The notes beneath the pieces were generated by a model. It saw only the letters and a list, made by a program, of their open reading frames with translations. It did not search any database and was not told the DNA's origin. 27,627 bases of DNA. Origin: Candidatus Methylomirabilia bacterium. GTDB taxonomy: Bacteria > Methylomirabilota > Methylomirabilia > Rokubacteriales > CSP1-6. Made by a program: the position numbers and the translations under genes. Shown one piece after another: positions 8,952 through 17,840 of the stretch (positions are counted from its first letter, which is position 1; the number at the start of each line of letters is the position of its first letter). The stretch spans positions 1 through 27,627 of the forward strand of contig JBHIBG010000033.1 in the NCBI GenBank assembly GCA_046758965.1. Reading direction: 5' to 3'.

Positions 8952-10832
8952 TCACTCCACCCCCGCCTTGCTGAAACCATCTATGAAGCGCGCCAATACC
9001 GCCTCATCTTTATAGGGGAGGCTCCGCCTTGCACTTTCCAGAGAGACCTGAGGACTGAGCCTCCGGACCTCTGCCAGCTCCCCCCGGGCCTCGTCCTCAC
9101 GGCCCACCTCACGATAGATGACAGCCAGGTAAACGTGGGCGGGCAGCCAATCGGGGTTGCGGGTCAAGACGCTTTTCAGGGTCGCGATCGCCTCCTCATA
9201 CCGACCCGTCAGGTAGTAGGCATGGCCCAAGCTCCATAGGTAGGTGAACGGATACCGGGGGTTGAGCCGGATGGCCTTCTTCACCAGCACAATGGCTTCT
9301 TCTGGCCTCCCCGACCAGCTGAGAATCTCCCCCAGTCCCCCATAGCCATCAGCATCGTTGGGATCGAGTGCGATGGCCCTCTCCCCCTCGGCAATGGCCT
9401 GCTCATGATCCCTTTTCCAGAGATAGACATGACCCAGTAGCCTGTGGGCCGCGGGCAGGGAATCACTGAAGGCCATGGCCGATAACGCCAGTTCAAAGGC
9501 CTGGTCCAGGGACTCAGGGTGCCGGTTCCATTGAAGGGCCCATTCCAGAACGTAGGTCCAACCCAGGGCCGCGTACGCCGCCGCATACTCTGGGTCCAGG
9601 TTAATGGCTTTTTCAAACATCTGCCGTGCCTGGGTGTTCGCTTCCTTCGTGGTGCGCCGATAGTACTGCCAACCGCGCAGAACATAGTCATAGGCTTCCG
9701 GGTTGTCAGTGTGCCTGCGCACCAGGCGCTCTCGCTCTCGCTCCGTCAGCGTCAGCGCCAGAGCCGCCACGATCTTTTCCGTGATCTCGTCCTGCAGGAG
9801 AAATACGTCTTTCAGCTCCCGGTCATAGCGCTCGGCCCACAGGCGACGTCCCGTGGTGGCATCGACCAGTTGGGCCGTGATCCGCACCCTGCCGTCCGCC
9901 TGGCGGACGCTGCCCTCGAGCACATACTGCACCCCCAGCTCCTGGCTCACCTGTTGGGCCTTGACCGGCTTACCCGTATAGGTGAAGAGCGACTTGCGGG
10001 CAATAACAGACAGGCTTGAGATATTGGACAGCGCGGTGATGATGTTCTCGGTAATCCGGTCGCTCAAGTAGTCCTGCTCGGGGTCCTCGCTCATGTTGGC
10101 AAACGGCAGCACGGCGATGGAAGGCCTGTCCGGCAACGGGAAGGCCATCTTCCCCTCGGAAGCAACGTCTGCCCGGAGCGGACGCAAGTAAAGGTTCCAG
10201 AGCGACGCCGTCCCCGCTCCCACAACCAGCACGGCCACGGCAGCCAGAGCCGCCCTCTTCCAATAACTCAGCACAGCCCCTTTGGCTCTGCTCACCGTTC
10301 CGGCAGCAGCCCCAGGCTCGATCGGAACCCGATAGACCCGAACGGGCTCCGCGATGTTCTTGACGGCGTGCTTACCCAGCGATTCATACCTCAGGGCGAG
10401 CTTGTTCCTGACCTGGTCATAGGCACTTCTGGAAATGCAGGTCTCGCCCCCCTCGGCTAGGCTCTGGACGCGCGCGGCCATGTTGACCCCATCCCCGTAG
10501 ATTCGTTCCCCCTCGAAAACTACGTCTCCCAGGTTGATGCCGATCCGGAACTCCATTTTGCGGTAGTCCGGCAACTCCGCGTTCCGGGCTTTGAGTTCCC
10601 GCTGGATCTCCACGGCACACTGCACAGCATCCACCACGCTGGGAAACTCCGCGAGCAGGTTATCCCCCGGGGAATCCACCACCCGCCCCCGCCGCTGCTG
10701 GATGAGGAAGGCCATTACGCCGCGGTAAGCGGTTAACGTGCGGATAGTCGCCCCCTCATCGTCGCTCATGAGGCGGCTGTAGCCTTTGACATCAGCACTG
10801 AGGATGGCGATCAGCTTGCGTTCCATACTCAT
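8952..10832 (-). CDS. class III adenylate/guanylate cyclase with TM, TolB-like domain and TPR repeats
   Basis: 626 aa; ILSADVKGYS, PGDN, RIGINLGDV, IYGDGVNMAAR; hydrophobic AALAAVAVLVVGAG; PSIAVLPFANMS..VLEGSVR..AERYD (TolB_N-like); several TPRs (AINLDP, AIALDP, AIRLNP). Confidence 0.93.
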   Translation of the reverse strand: MSMERKLIAILSADVKGYSRLMSDDEGATIRTLTAYRGVMAFLIQQRRGRVVDSPGDNLLAEFPSVVDAVQCAVEIQRELKARNAELPDYRKMEFRIGINLGDVVFEGERIYGDGVNMAARVQSLAEGGETCISRSAYDQVRNKLALRYESLGKHAVKNIAEPVRVYRVPIEPGAAAGTVSRAKGAVLSYWKRAALAAVAVLVVGAGTASLWNLYLRPLRADVASEGKMAFPLPDRPSIAVLPFANMSEDPEQDYLSDRITENIITALSNISSLSVIARKSLFTYTGKPVKAQQVSQELGVQYVLEGSVRQADGRVRITAQLVDATTGRRLWAERYDRELKDVFLLQDEITEKIVAALALTLTERERERLVRRHTDNPEAYDYVLRGWQYYRRTTKEANTQARQMFEKAINLDPEYAAAYAALGWTYVLEWALQWNRHPESLDQAFELALSAMAFSDSLPAAHRLLGHVYLWKRDHEQAIAEGERAIALDPNDADGYGGLGEILSWSGRPEEAIVLVKKAIRLNPRYPFTYLWSLGHAYYLTGRYEEAIATLKSVLTRNPDWLPAHVYLAVIYREVGREDEARGELAEVRRLSPQVSLESARRSLPYKDEAVLARFIDGFSKAGVE

Positions 10833-11056
10833 CGTGGTCGGATCGGTCCTCGCATTCTGCGGCCATTGGGGTTAGCGTGACTCATTGGAGCACAACATTC
10901 CCACCGACTATCTGCGTGGTCATAAACTGCGGTCTCCGAGGACTGCCGTTTCCCTTGGGGGGACGCCGCTTGAGCAGACCCCGCCGCGGGCAGAGGCTAC
11001 GCGCAGGTGGTTCGCCTCTCAGCCGCCTGTTGCTCCGGCTAGGGTCGCTTCGGCGC

Positions 11057-11374
11057 TTACCAGCGCGGCGTGCGACGCGGGCGGCCGCCGAAATCCCGCC
11101 CTGGCCGCGCCCCGCCGGTGCCAGACCCCGGGGGGTTCGCGACGTTGACCTTCAGCGGTCGCCCCTCGAAGGGCTGACCGTCGAGCTTGGCGATCGCCGC
11201 CCGGGCCTCGGCCTCCGTGGACATCTCCACGAAACCGAAGCCGCGGGACTGCCCCGAGGACCGGTCGGTCACGACCGTGGCGGACTCAACGGTCCCGCAT
11301 TGGCTGAAGTACTCCCGAAGACTCTCGGAGGTGGTGGAAAAGGATAGTCCACCGACGTACAGCTTGGACGCCAT
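11057..11374 (-). CDS. RNA-binding protein (single RRM, Gly/Arg-rich tail)
   Basis: 105 aa from MASKLYVGGL (RNP2); RNP1 RGFGFVEM; AAAGGAG SD 6 nt before the ATG at 11374. Confidence 0.95.
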   Translation of the reverse strand: MASKLYVGGLSFSTTSESLREYFSQCGTVESATVVTDRSSGQSRGFGFVEMSTEAEARAAIAKLDGQPFEGRPLKVNVANPPGSGTGGARPGRDFGGRPRRTPRW

Positions 11375-11516
11375 GGGCATCTCCTTTGACCCCGCGCTGC
11401 GGGGCTGGAACTCTTCCGCACTTCCAAGTCACGCCCCGGATACGCGGAAGAGCTCTATCGCTGAGGCGAGCCCAGATCCAGGCGCCACAGTGGCGCAGAA
11501 CCGGCAGGACATGTGC

Positions 11517-11525
11517 AGTATACCA
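11517..11525 (-). promoter_or_regulatory. extended -10 promoter for RRM gene
   Basis: TGGTATACT (TGn-TATACT) about 140 nt upstream of the start codon; no good -35. Confidence 0.5.
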
Positions 11526-11755
11526 GACGCGATGCGAAACGCCAGCAGCGAATGCCGGTTACGTAGCCGAGTCCACCTCCACGCGCGCACCCGGTAGTGC
11601 TCCGGGGCGCTCTCGTCCTTCATTCTGTCCTGTGCAGTATGCCTGGCCCTCCCGATCACCCAAGCCCACCAAGACACCGCCAGCGCCGAGGGTGGCCCTG
11701 ACGCCCCTGGGATGAGCAGTCTGTGTAAGAGCAAACGATGCAGCCGTTCGTTGTC

Positions 11756-11836
11756 GTTCGTCTTCCGTAGCTGGGCGGCGGAGTTCTCCAAGCGAGTGGC
11801 CACGTCCGGGAGGTCCGACCCTAAGACCTTCTCCCT
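11756..11836 (-). pseudogene. relic of a kinesin-light-chain-type TPR repeat
   Basis: Translates to REKVLGSDLPDVATRLENSAAQLRKTN, resembling the consensus REKxLGPDHPDVATSLENYAxLLRKT; flanking translation is not TPR-like. Confidence 0.6.
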
Positions 11837-11918
11837 GGAGCAGCTCGTCTCTGCTTCATTCCCGGAAGCGCGGAGCCGCATACCGTCGCTGAAGGCCGCG
11901 GCCCGAAGATCCCGCACG

Positions 11919-11948
11919 TTGCTTCGGCCCGGCTCGCGCCACTATGAT
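11919..11948 (+). promoter_or_regulatory. putative sigma70 promoter for ftcD
   Basis: TTGCTT (11919-11924), 18-nt spacer, TATGAT (11943-11948). Confidence 0.45.
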
Positions 11949-11967
11949 AGCTCCCGAGCCTCGTCCG

Positions 11968-12870
11968 ATGCATTCCATCGTCGAATGCGTCCCAAACCTG
12001 AGCGAAGGGCGGGACCGCCGCCTGGTTGAACGGCTCGCCGAAGCGATCCGCTCCGTGGCCGGCGTCCGGCTTGCTGACGTCCATCTGGACCCGGATCACC
12101 ACCGGTGCGTCTTCACGTTCCTGGGCCCGCCCGGCGCTGTGGAGGCCGCCGCGCTCGCGCTCGCGGAGGCGGCTCTCGCCGCCATCGACATGCGCACCCA
12201 TCAGGGTGTCCACCCGCGGATCGGCGCGCTGGACGTGCTCCCCTTCGTCCCCCTCCAGGGGCTCTCGATGGGCGAGGCCGTAGCCATCGCCCGGCGAGTG
12301 GGGCGGACTCTCGGTGAACGGTTCGACCTGCCCGTATACCTCTACGGCGAGGCCGCGACCATCGCGGCACGCCGGCGGTTGCCTGGGATCCGGCGCGGAG
12401 AGTACGAAGGGCTGGCGAGGAAGCTGGCTGATCCGGCCTGGCGCCCCGATGCCGGGCCCGCACGCTTCAACCCGAGGAGCGGGGCCACCGCGGTAGGAGC
12501 TCGCGAGGTCCTGGTCGCGTTCAATGTCTGGCTCGACTCCAACGACCTGGCCGCGGCTCGCGCCATCGCCTGGGCCATCCGGGGTTCGTCAGGGGGGCTC
12601 CCCGGGCTCCAGGCGATGGGAGTGCCGCTGGCCCGCGAGGGGATCGTCCAGGTGGCCCTAAACCTCCTGACTCCGAAGCGTCCCTCGATCCCCCGGGTCT
12701 TCGACCTGGTGCGGAGCGAGGCCGAGCGGCGCGGGGTCGGGGTGAGGCGGAGCGAGCTGGTTGGCCTGGCGCCTCTGGAGGCGTTCGAGGGCCGCTCACC
12801 CGAGAGCGTCGGGCTCGACGACTTTCACCCCCGGAAGCTCCTCGAGAGCCACCTGCCCGAAGAACCTTGA
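11968..12870 (+). CDS. ftcD: glutamate formimidoyltransferase
   Basis: MHSIVECVPNLSEGRD, DPDHHR, IDMRTHQGVHPRIGALDV.PFVP, IRRGEYEGL, GATAVGAR, LVAFNV, SELVGL; no cyclodeaminase domain. Confidence 0.93.
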   Translation: MHSIVECVPNLSEGRDRRLVERLAEAIRSVAGVRLADVHLDPDHHRCVFTFLGPPGAVEAAALALAEAALAAIDMRTHQGVHPRIGALDVLPFVPLQGLSMGEAVAIARRVGRTLGERFDLPVYLYGEAATIAARRRLPGIRRGEYEGLARKLADPAWRPDAGPARFNPRSGATAVGAREVLVAFNVWLDSNDLAAARAIAWAIRGSSGGLPGLQAMGVPLAREGIVQVALNLLTPKRPSIPRVFDLVRSEAERRGVGVRRSELVGLAPLEAFEGRSPESVGLDDFHPRKLLESHLPEEP

Positions 12871-13791
12871 ACTCGCGGGTCGAGCGCCTGCGCCAGGGAA
12901 GCTCAAGAGCTTGAGGAGATCAGCGGTCAAGTCGTAAAGCTGCGCGCAGCCGGACAATCCCCCGATCAGCCTCCCGATCCGCTTCCTGAGCTCCGCATCA
13001 ACGGTCTGCCCGACGAGGGCGGTGATGGTTCGCTGGGGGTCGGTACAGATCCCGAGGTAGGGGAGCCGAGGCGTGATCGAGCCCGCATCGAGAATGGCGC
13101 CCGTGGCGAGGTCCACCGCGTACCAGATCTGGAAGGAGTGGACCTCGTCATACATGGAGTGTGAGAGCAGGAGCCGGCCGTCACGCCGCTCGAGGCGCGC
13201 GACCTTGCTCCGGTTGAACACGCGGTCAGCACCCGCCGGCTGGCAGTAGAGCCCGGGCTGCGCGGCACTCCGGACCTCGCGCTCCCTGAACAGGGCTAGG
13301 GACTCCGGGCGGTAGGTGTAGCAGGAGGACGGGATGTCCACCCACCCCTCCATGTCGAGGCGCCAGAAGCCGACCGCTCCCTCCCTGGTCCGCTCCTTGA
13401 CGAGCCGCTCGGGGAGCCTCGTGACTTGGCGGGCCAGGCGGGCCACCTCGACGGCGGCATCGGTGAAGTACTCGGCGCCAGCCCGGTTCCCCAGCGCCGC
13501 GGCCACGCTCCGGGTGAACCCGGCCGTCATGGAGATGCCTGCCAACCCCGCGACGGCCTCCGGAAGCCCGAGGTCGACCCGCTCCGGCGGTCCCACGATG
13601 ATCCGGCCCCGGGCACCGCGCATGCTGTACGCGGGGGAGGGCGTCGTGGCGGCCACCAACTCAATCGAGACCCACGGGTCGGCGATCCGCACGGTCATCG
13701 CGAACGCTTCAGGGTCGGGACAATCCACCCACCCGTGCATCGTGCGCTCGTAGCGGTCAGCCCCGGACAGGTACGGAGAGCTCGGAGGCAT
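12796..13791 (-). CDS. DUF2889-domain protein (probably two tandem domains)
   Basis: 331 aa; MYDEVH..PYLGIC..IGGLSGCAQLYDL resembles DUF2889 (D..H, PY..C, GG..GC..L); the N-terminal half looks like a degenerate copy. Confidence 0.7.
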   Translation of the reverse strand: MPPSSPYLSGADRYERTMHGWVDCPDPEAFAMTVRIADPWVSIELVAATTPSPAYSMRGARGRIIVGPPERVDLGLPEAVAGLAGISMTAGFTRSVAAALGNRAGAEYFTDAAVEVARLARQVTRLPERLVKERTREGAVGFWRLDMEGWVDIPSSCYTYRPESLALFREREVRSAAQPGLYCQPAGADRVFNRSKVARLERRDGRLLLSHSMYDEVHSFQIWYAVDLATGAILDAGSITPRLPYLGICTDPQRTITALVGQTVDAELRKRIGRLIGGLSGCAQLYDLTADLLKLLSFPGAGARPASSRFFGQVALEELPGVKVVEPDALG

Positions 13792-13809
13792 CGGAGCGGG
13801 CCCGGCTCC

Positions 13810-16248
13810 CTACTTCGACGCGTACTTCTCGGGCTCTCTGTCAAAGGTCTCCTTGCATGAGAGCGCGCAGAAGTAGTAGGTCCGGCCCTTGTACGCGGAA
13901 GAGCCCGCGGCCTGGGCGGGGTTCACCTCCATCTTGCAGATCGGATCCACTGCCATCGTGGCCACCTCCTCTCCTGCCCCCGGCCTCGCTTCCCGCCGCT
14001 CCGCTCCCTGAGGAGTGAAGCGCCTGAGCCGAAGGCTATTCGTGACGACTGAAACCGATGAAAAGGCCATGGCCGCGCCGGCCAGAATCGGGGAGAGCAA
14101 GATCCCCCAAAGCGGGTACAGGATGCCCGCAGCCACAGGGATCAGGCTTGCGTTATAGCCGAAGGCCCAGCCCAGGTTCTCCTTGATGATCCGGACGGTC
14201 CGCCGCGAGAGCTGGATCGCGGCCACGACGCCCTGAAGGTCAGCCCGCATCAGGGTGATGTCCGCTGCCTCCAGGGCCACGTCGGTGCCGGAGCCCATGG
14301 CGATCCCCACGTCGGCCTGGGCCAGCGCCGGCGCGTCGTTGATCCCGTCCCCGACCATGGCGACGAGATGTCCCTCGCCCTGAAGACGCTTCACCTCCTG
14401 GGCCTTGGCATCCGGTAGCACCTCGGCCAGCACCCGGTCGATGCCGGCCTGGCGGGCGATCGCCTCACCCGTGCGCCGGCTATCTCCGGTGAGCATCACC
14501 ACCTGGAGCCCCATCGCCTTGACTGCCGACACGGCGTCCCGCGCCTCAGGCTTGAGGGGATCCGCCACGGCGATCAGCCCCAGAGCGCGGCCATCCAAGG
14601 CCACATACACCCCGGTCTTCCCTTCGTCCGCAAGCCGTCTCGCCTCCGTGTCGAGCCCCCCCAGAGCCACTCCGCCGTCGGCCAGCATCTTGGCATTCCC
14701 CAGGATCAGCTCACGCCCCCCGACCCGCGCCTGGATCCCGTGACCGGGCTCCGCCCGGAAGTCGCTGACGGCTGGAAGTGCCAGCCCCTGCTCCTTGGCC
14801 CGGATCACGATGGCCTCGCCCAGTGGGTGCTCGGACCCCTGCTCGGCGGCCGCGGCCAGCGCGAGCAAAGAGGCCTGCTCCTCTCCATTGACCGCCAGGA
14901 GATCGGTGACCATGGGGGTCCCGACTGTCAGCGTGCCGGTCTTGTCCAGGACCACGGTCCCCACCTTGTGGAGCTGTTCCAGCGCAGCAGCGCTCTTGAT
15001 GAGCACCCCAAGCTCGGCTCCCTTGCCGGTCGCCACCATGATGGCGGTCGGCGTGGCCAGCCCCATGGCGCACGGGCAGGCAATGACGAGGACCGCCACC
15101 GCGTTGGTGAGCGCGAAGAGGAAGGCGGGCGCCGGCCCCCAGAGCCACCAGACCCCGAAGGTGAGGCCCGCGATCACGAGGACGATGGGGACGAAGACAG
15201 CCGAGACCCGGTCAGCCAGCCGCTGGATCGGAGCCTTCGACCCCTGAGCCTGCTCCACCAGACGGATGATCTGGGCCAGCACCGTCTCTCTCCCCACGCG
15301 CGTGGCGTGGAAGGTGAAGCTTCCCGTCCGGTTCACCGTCCCACCGATGACCTGGGCGCCAGACCGCTTTTCCACCGGCAGGCTCTCGCCGGTGAGCATG
15401 GACTCATCCACGGTAGAGGCCCCATCAACGACTGCACCGTCCACAGGGATCTTCTCGCCGGGCCGAACCCGGATCAGGTCGCCTGCCACGACCCCCGCGA
15501 GAGGAATATCCTGCTCCTGCCCGGCGCGCAGCACCCGCGCGGTCTTGGGCGCCAAGGCCACCAACCGGCGGATCGCCTCGCTGGTCCGTCCTCTGGCGCG
15601 GGCCTCGAGCCAGCGCCCGAGCACGATAAGGGTCATCAGCACTGCCGCCGTCTCGTAATAGGTCGTGGCCCCGAGCCCCACGAAGGCACCAGGCCAGAGG
15701 GTTACCCCCACACTGAAGAAGTACGCGGCATTCGTCCCGATGGAGACCAGGCTGTTCATGCTGGCGGAGCGGTAGCGAAGATCCCTGAGGAATCCCGCGT
15801 GAAATTGAGAGCCCACCCAGAACTGGACGGGTGTGGTCAGAAGCAGCAGGACCCAGGGGGTTCTGAGCCAGGCGGGGGCCCACGGGAACAGCTCGGTCAT
15901 GCTGCCGATCAGCACGGGGATCGACAGCGCCGCGCCCACGAGAAACCTGATCAGGAGGAGCCGGTGTTCCCGCTCGCGCGCCCGCCGTTCGCGGTCGGCC
16001 GGCGCTTCCTCTGCCGTGACCTCCTCCGGGATCTCGTAGCCGACTGCGCGGACAGCCCGACGCAGATCCGCGGCGGTGGCCTGCCCGGGTGCCAGGAGCA
16101 CCGTGGCGCGCTCAGTCGCCAGGTTCACCTGGGCCGAGATCACGCCCGCGGTTCCTGCCAGGGCTTTCTCCACCTTGTTCACGCACGAGGCGCAATGCAT
16201 TCCTGTAACATGCAGGTCGAGCCGGACCTTCTCGGTCGTGGTCGCCAC
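13810..16248 (-). CDS. copA: copper-translocating P1B-1 ATPase with N-terminal HMA and C-terminal YHS domain
   Basis: GMHCASC, TGES, CPC, DKTGT, SEHP, GDGIND, YN and MAFSS Cu(I) motifs; C-terminal [27 protein letters not shown] (YHS). Confidence 0.95.
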   Translation of the reverse strand: MATTTEKVRLDLHVTGMHCASCVNKVEKALAGTAGVISAQVNLATERATVLLAPGQATAADLRRAVRAVGYEIPEEVTAEEAPADRERRAREREHRLLLIRFLVGAALSIPVLIGSMTELFPWAPAWLRTPWVLLLLTTPVQFWVGSQFHAGFLRDLRYRSASMNSLVSIGTNAAYFFSVGVTLWPGAFVGLGATTYYETAAVLMTLIVLGRWLEARARGRTSEAIRRLVALAPKTARVLRAGQEQDIPLAGVVAGDLIRVRPGEKIPVDGAVVDGASTVDESMLTGESLPVEKRSGAQVIGGTVNRTGSFTFHATRVGRETVLAQIIRLVEQAQGSKAPIQRLADRVSAVFVPIVLVIAGLTFGVWWLWGPAPAFLFALTNAVAVLVIACPCAMGLATPTAIMVATGKGAELGVLIKSAAALEQLHKVGTVVLDKTGTLTVGTPMVTDLLAVNGEEQASLLALAAAAEQGSEHPLGEAIVIRAKEQGLALPAVSDFRAEPGHGIQARVGGRELILGNAKMLADGGVALGGLDTEARRLADEGKTGVYVALDGRALGLIAVADPLKPEARDAVSAVKAMGLQVVMLTGDSRRTGEAIARQAGIDRVLAEVLPDAKAQEVKRLQGEGHLVAMVGDGINDAPALAQADVGIAMGSGTDVALEAADITLMRADLQGVVAAIQLSRRTVRIIKENLGWAFGYNASLIPVAAGILYPLWGILLSPILAGAAMAFSSVSVVTNSLRLRRFTPQGAERREARPGAGEEVATMAVDPICKMEVNPAQAAGSSAYKGRTYYFCALSCKETFDREPEKYASK

Positions 16249-16266
16249 GATCCCCCCCTGTTGGCG

Positions 16267-16548
16267 CTACCTGGTGTTGACCCTCGAGAAGACCTCGAGG
16301 AGCTCCTCGATCTTTCGCTGCTGCTCAAGCTCGCTGCCCGAGCGCATGGCGTCGGCCACGCAGGACTCGACGTGCCGGCCCAGGAGGAGCTTCTCGACCT
16401 GTCCCAGAGCTCCCCGAACCGCCGTGAGCTGCAGCAGGATATCGACGCAGTATTTGTTGTCCTCCACCATCCGCTGGATCCCCCTCACCTGCCCCTCGAT
16501 CCGGCGGAGCCGAGCCAGCGCCTTCGCCCGAGTCTCCTCATTCAGCAT
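16267..16548 (-). CDS. csoR: CsoR-family copper-sensing transcriptional repressor
   Basis: 93 aa from MLNEE (CAGGAGG SD); RLRRIEGQVRGIQRM, YC.D.L.Q, HVESC (C-H-C ligand set); directly upstream of copA. Confidence 0.93.
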   Translation of the reverse strand: MLNEETRAKALARLRRIEGQVRGIQRMVEDNKYCVDILLQLTAVRGALGQVEKLLLGRHVESCVADAMRSGSELEQQRKIEELLEVFSRVNTR

Positions 16549-16564
16549 CGGGACCTCCTGGAAA

Positions 16565-16608
16565 ATACCATACCGGGGTAGCGTATGCAATCACCAGGCC
16601 TCTGTCAA
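16565..16608 (-). promoter_or_regulatory. sigma70 promoter with overlapping CsoR operator
   Basis: TTGACA (16608-16603), 17-nt spacer, TACGCT (16585-16580). Two TAC-N9-GTA GC-tract pseudo-palindromes, TACCATACCGGGGTA (16566-16580) and ATACCGGGGTAGCGTAT (16570-16586), overlap the -10/+1. Confidence 0.8.
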
Positions 16609-16651
16609 GGGCTCTGTGCTCGCTCCGGACGTCTGAGACCGAGAGCGGTCG

Positions 16652-17824
16652 TTAGGCGGGACGATGCCCCTCCCCGACTCGCTGGGAGAGCTTCCGCCCC
16701 AGCGCCTCGGCGGCGATCAGATTCCGCATGGCCTGGACGGTCCCGCCGCCGATCGTGAACATGCGAACGTCCCGTAGCATCCGCTCGAGGGGGAGCTCGC
16801 GAGAGTACCCGTTGCCGCCAAAGACCTGAAGCGCTTGGCTGGTCACCTCGATGGCCGCCTCGGCCGCAAACGTCTTGGCGATGGCAGTCTCGAACCTGCC
16901 CGGAAGACGCTCCCCGGCATTGACCGCGGCCCGATGAATCAGGACCCGCGCGGCCTCGAGCTTGATGATCATGTCGGCCAGCATCCACTGAATCCCCTGA
17001 AAATCGCAGATCTCCCGTCCGAACTGCTTTCGGGTTTTGGAGAAGCTCAGGGCCTCCTCGTAAGCTCCCTGGGCGATGCCCAGCGCCACGGTGGCGGCCC
17101 CGAGCCGCTGCGCATTATAGGCCGCCATCAGCTTCCCGAACCCGCCTCGGCCCACGACGAGGTGGTCGGCCGGAACGGTGCAGTCCTTGAAGATGAGCAC
17201 GCCTTCCGGAATGCCACGCAGTCCCATGGCCGGGATCCTGGGGCCCAGCGTAAAGCCGGCGGCGCCACGCTCGACGACGATGCCGCCGATGCCCGGGCCC
17301 GCGCCGGCCTCCCCGAGGCGGCAGACGACCAGGTGGAGCTTTGAGACACCCGCCCCGGTGATCCAGCGCTTGGTCCCGTTGATGACCCAGCCGCCGTCCT
17401 TCAGCACCGCCGTGGTCGTCATGTCGGTCGCCGCCGTCCCGGCCTCCGGCTCCGTAATGCAAATGGCCGGCTTGTCGCCCTCGACGACCATCGGCAGCCA
17501 CCGGCGCTTCTGGTTCTCGGTCGCGTAGTGGACCAGCGCCGACACCACACCCAGGTTGGCGTCCACGATGATCCGTCCCGTGATCCCGCACGCCTTGGCC
17601 ACCTCCTCGACCACCAGGAGCGCGTCGAAGATCGTGCGCCCCGCGCCGCCGTACGCTATCGGCACCGTCATTCCCATGAAGCCCGCTTTGACTAGATCCT
17701 TGACGTTTTCCCAGGGGTATGTCTCCGAACGATCCCAGTGAGGGGCGCGCTCGCGGAAGATGGGGGCGAGCTCCCGCGCGCGAGCTTTGAGCTCCTTCTG
17801 CCCGGCAGAAAGCGCATAACTCAT
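16652..17824 (-). CDS. acdA: acyl-CoA dehydrogenase-fold protein, 3-sulfinopropanoyl-CoA desulfinase-like
   Basis: 390 aa from MSYALS (GAGGAGG SD); YPWENV, GRI(R84), GDKPAIC(C122)ITEP, MGLRGIPE, YNAQ(Q239)R, RMFTIGGGT; the catalytic Glu of true dehydrogenases is absent. Confidence 0.8.
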   Translation of the reverse strand: MSYALSAGQKELKARARELAPIFRERAPHWDRSETYPWENVKDLVKAGFMGMTVPIAYGGAGRTIFDALLVVEEVAKACGITGRIIVDANLGVVSALVHYATENQKRRWLPMVVEGDKPAICITEPEAGTAATDMTTTAVLKDGGWVINGTKRWITGAGVSKLHLVVCRLGEAGAGPGIGGIVVERGAAGFTLGPRIPAMGLRGIPEGVLIFKDCTVPADHLVVGRGGFGKLMAAYNAQRLGAATVALGIAQGAYEEALSFSKTRKQFGREICDFQGIQWMLADMIIKLEAARVLIHRAAVNAGERLPGRFETAIAKTFAAEAAIEVTSQALQVFGGNGYSRELPLERMLRDVRMFTIGGGTVQAMRNLIAAEALGRKLSQRVGEGHRPA

Positions 17825-17840
17825 GGGGATCCTCCTCGGC

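Noticed and set aside
8952..10832. Cyclase as a Pycsar/CBASS-type defence component
   Set aside because: The architecture is the common cyclase-TolB-TPR type, with no adjacent cNMP-binding TIR/TM effector.
14740..16581. 613-aa plus-strand ORF, and similar long ORFs at 17823-19259, 19276-20388, 21816-23780 and 24610-26154
   Set aside because: These are antisense shadows of well-supported genes, expected in high-GC DNA, with no recognisable motifs.
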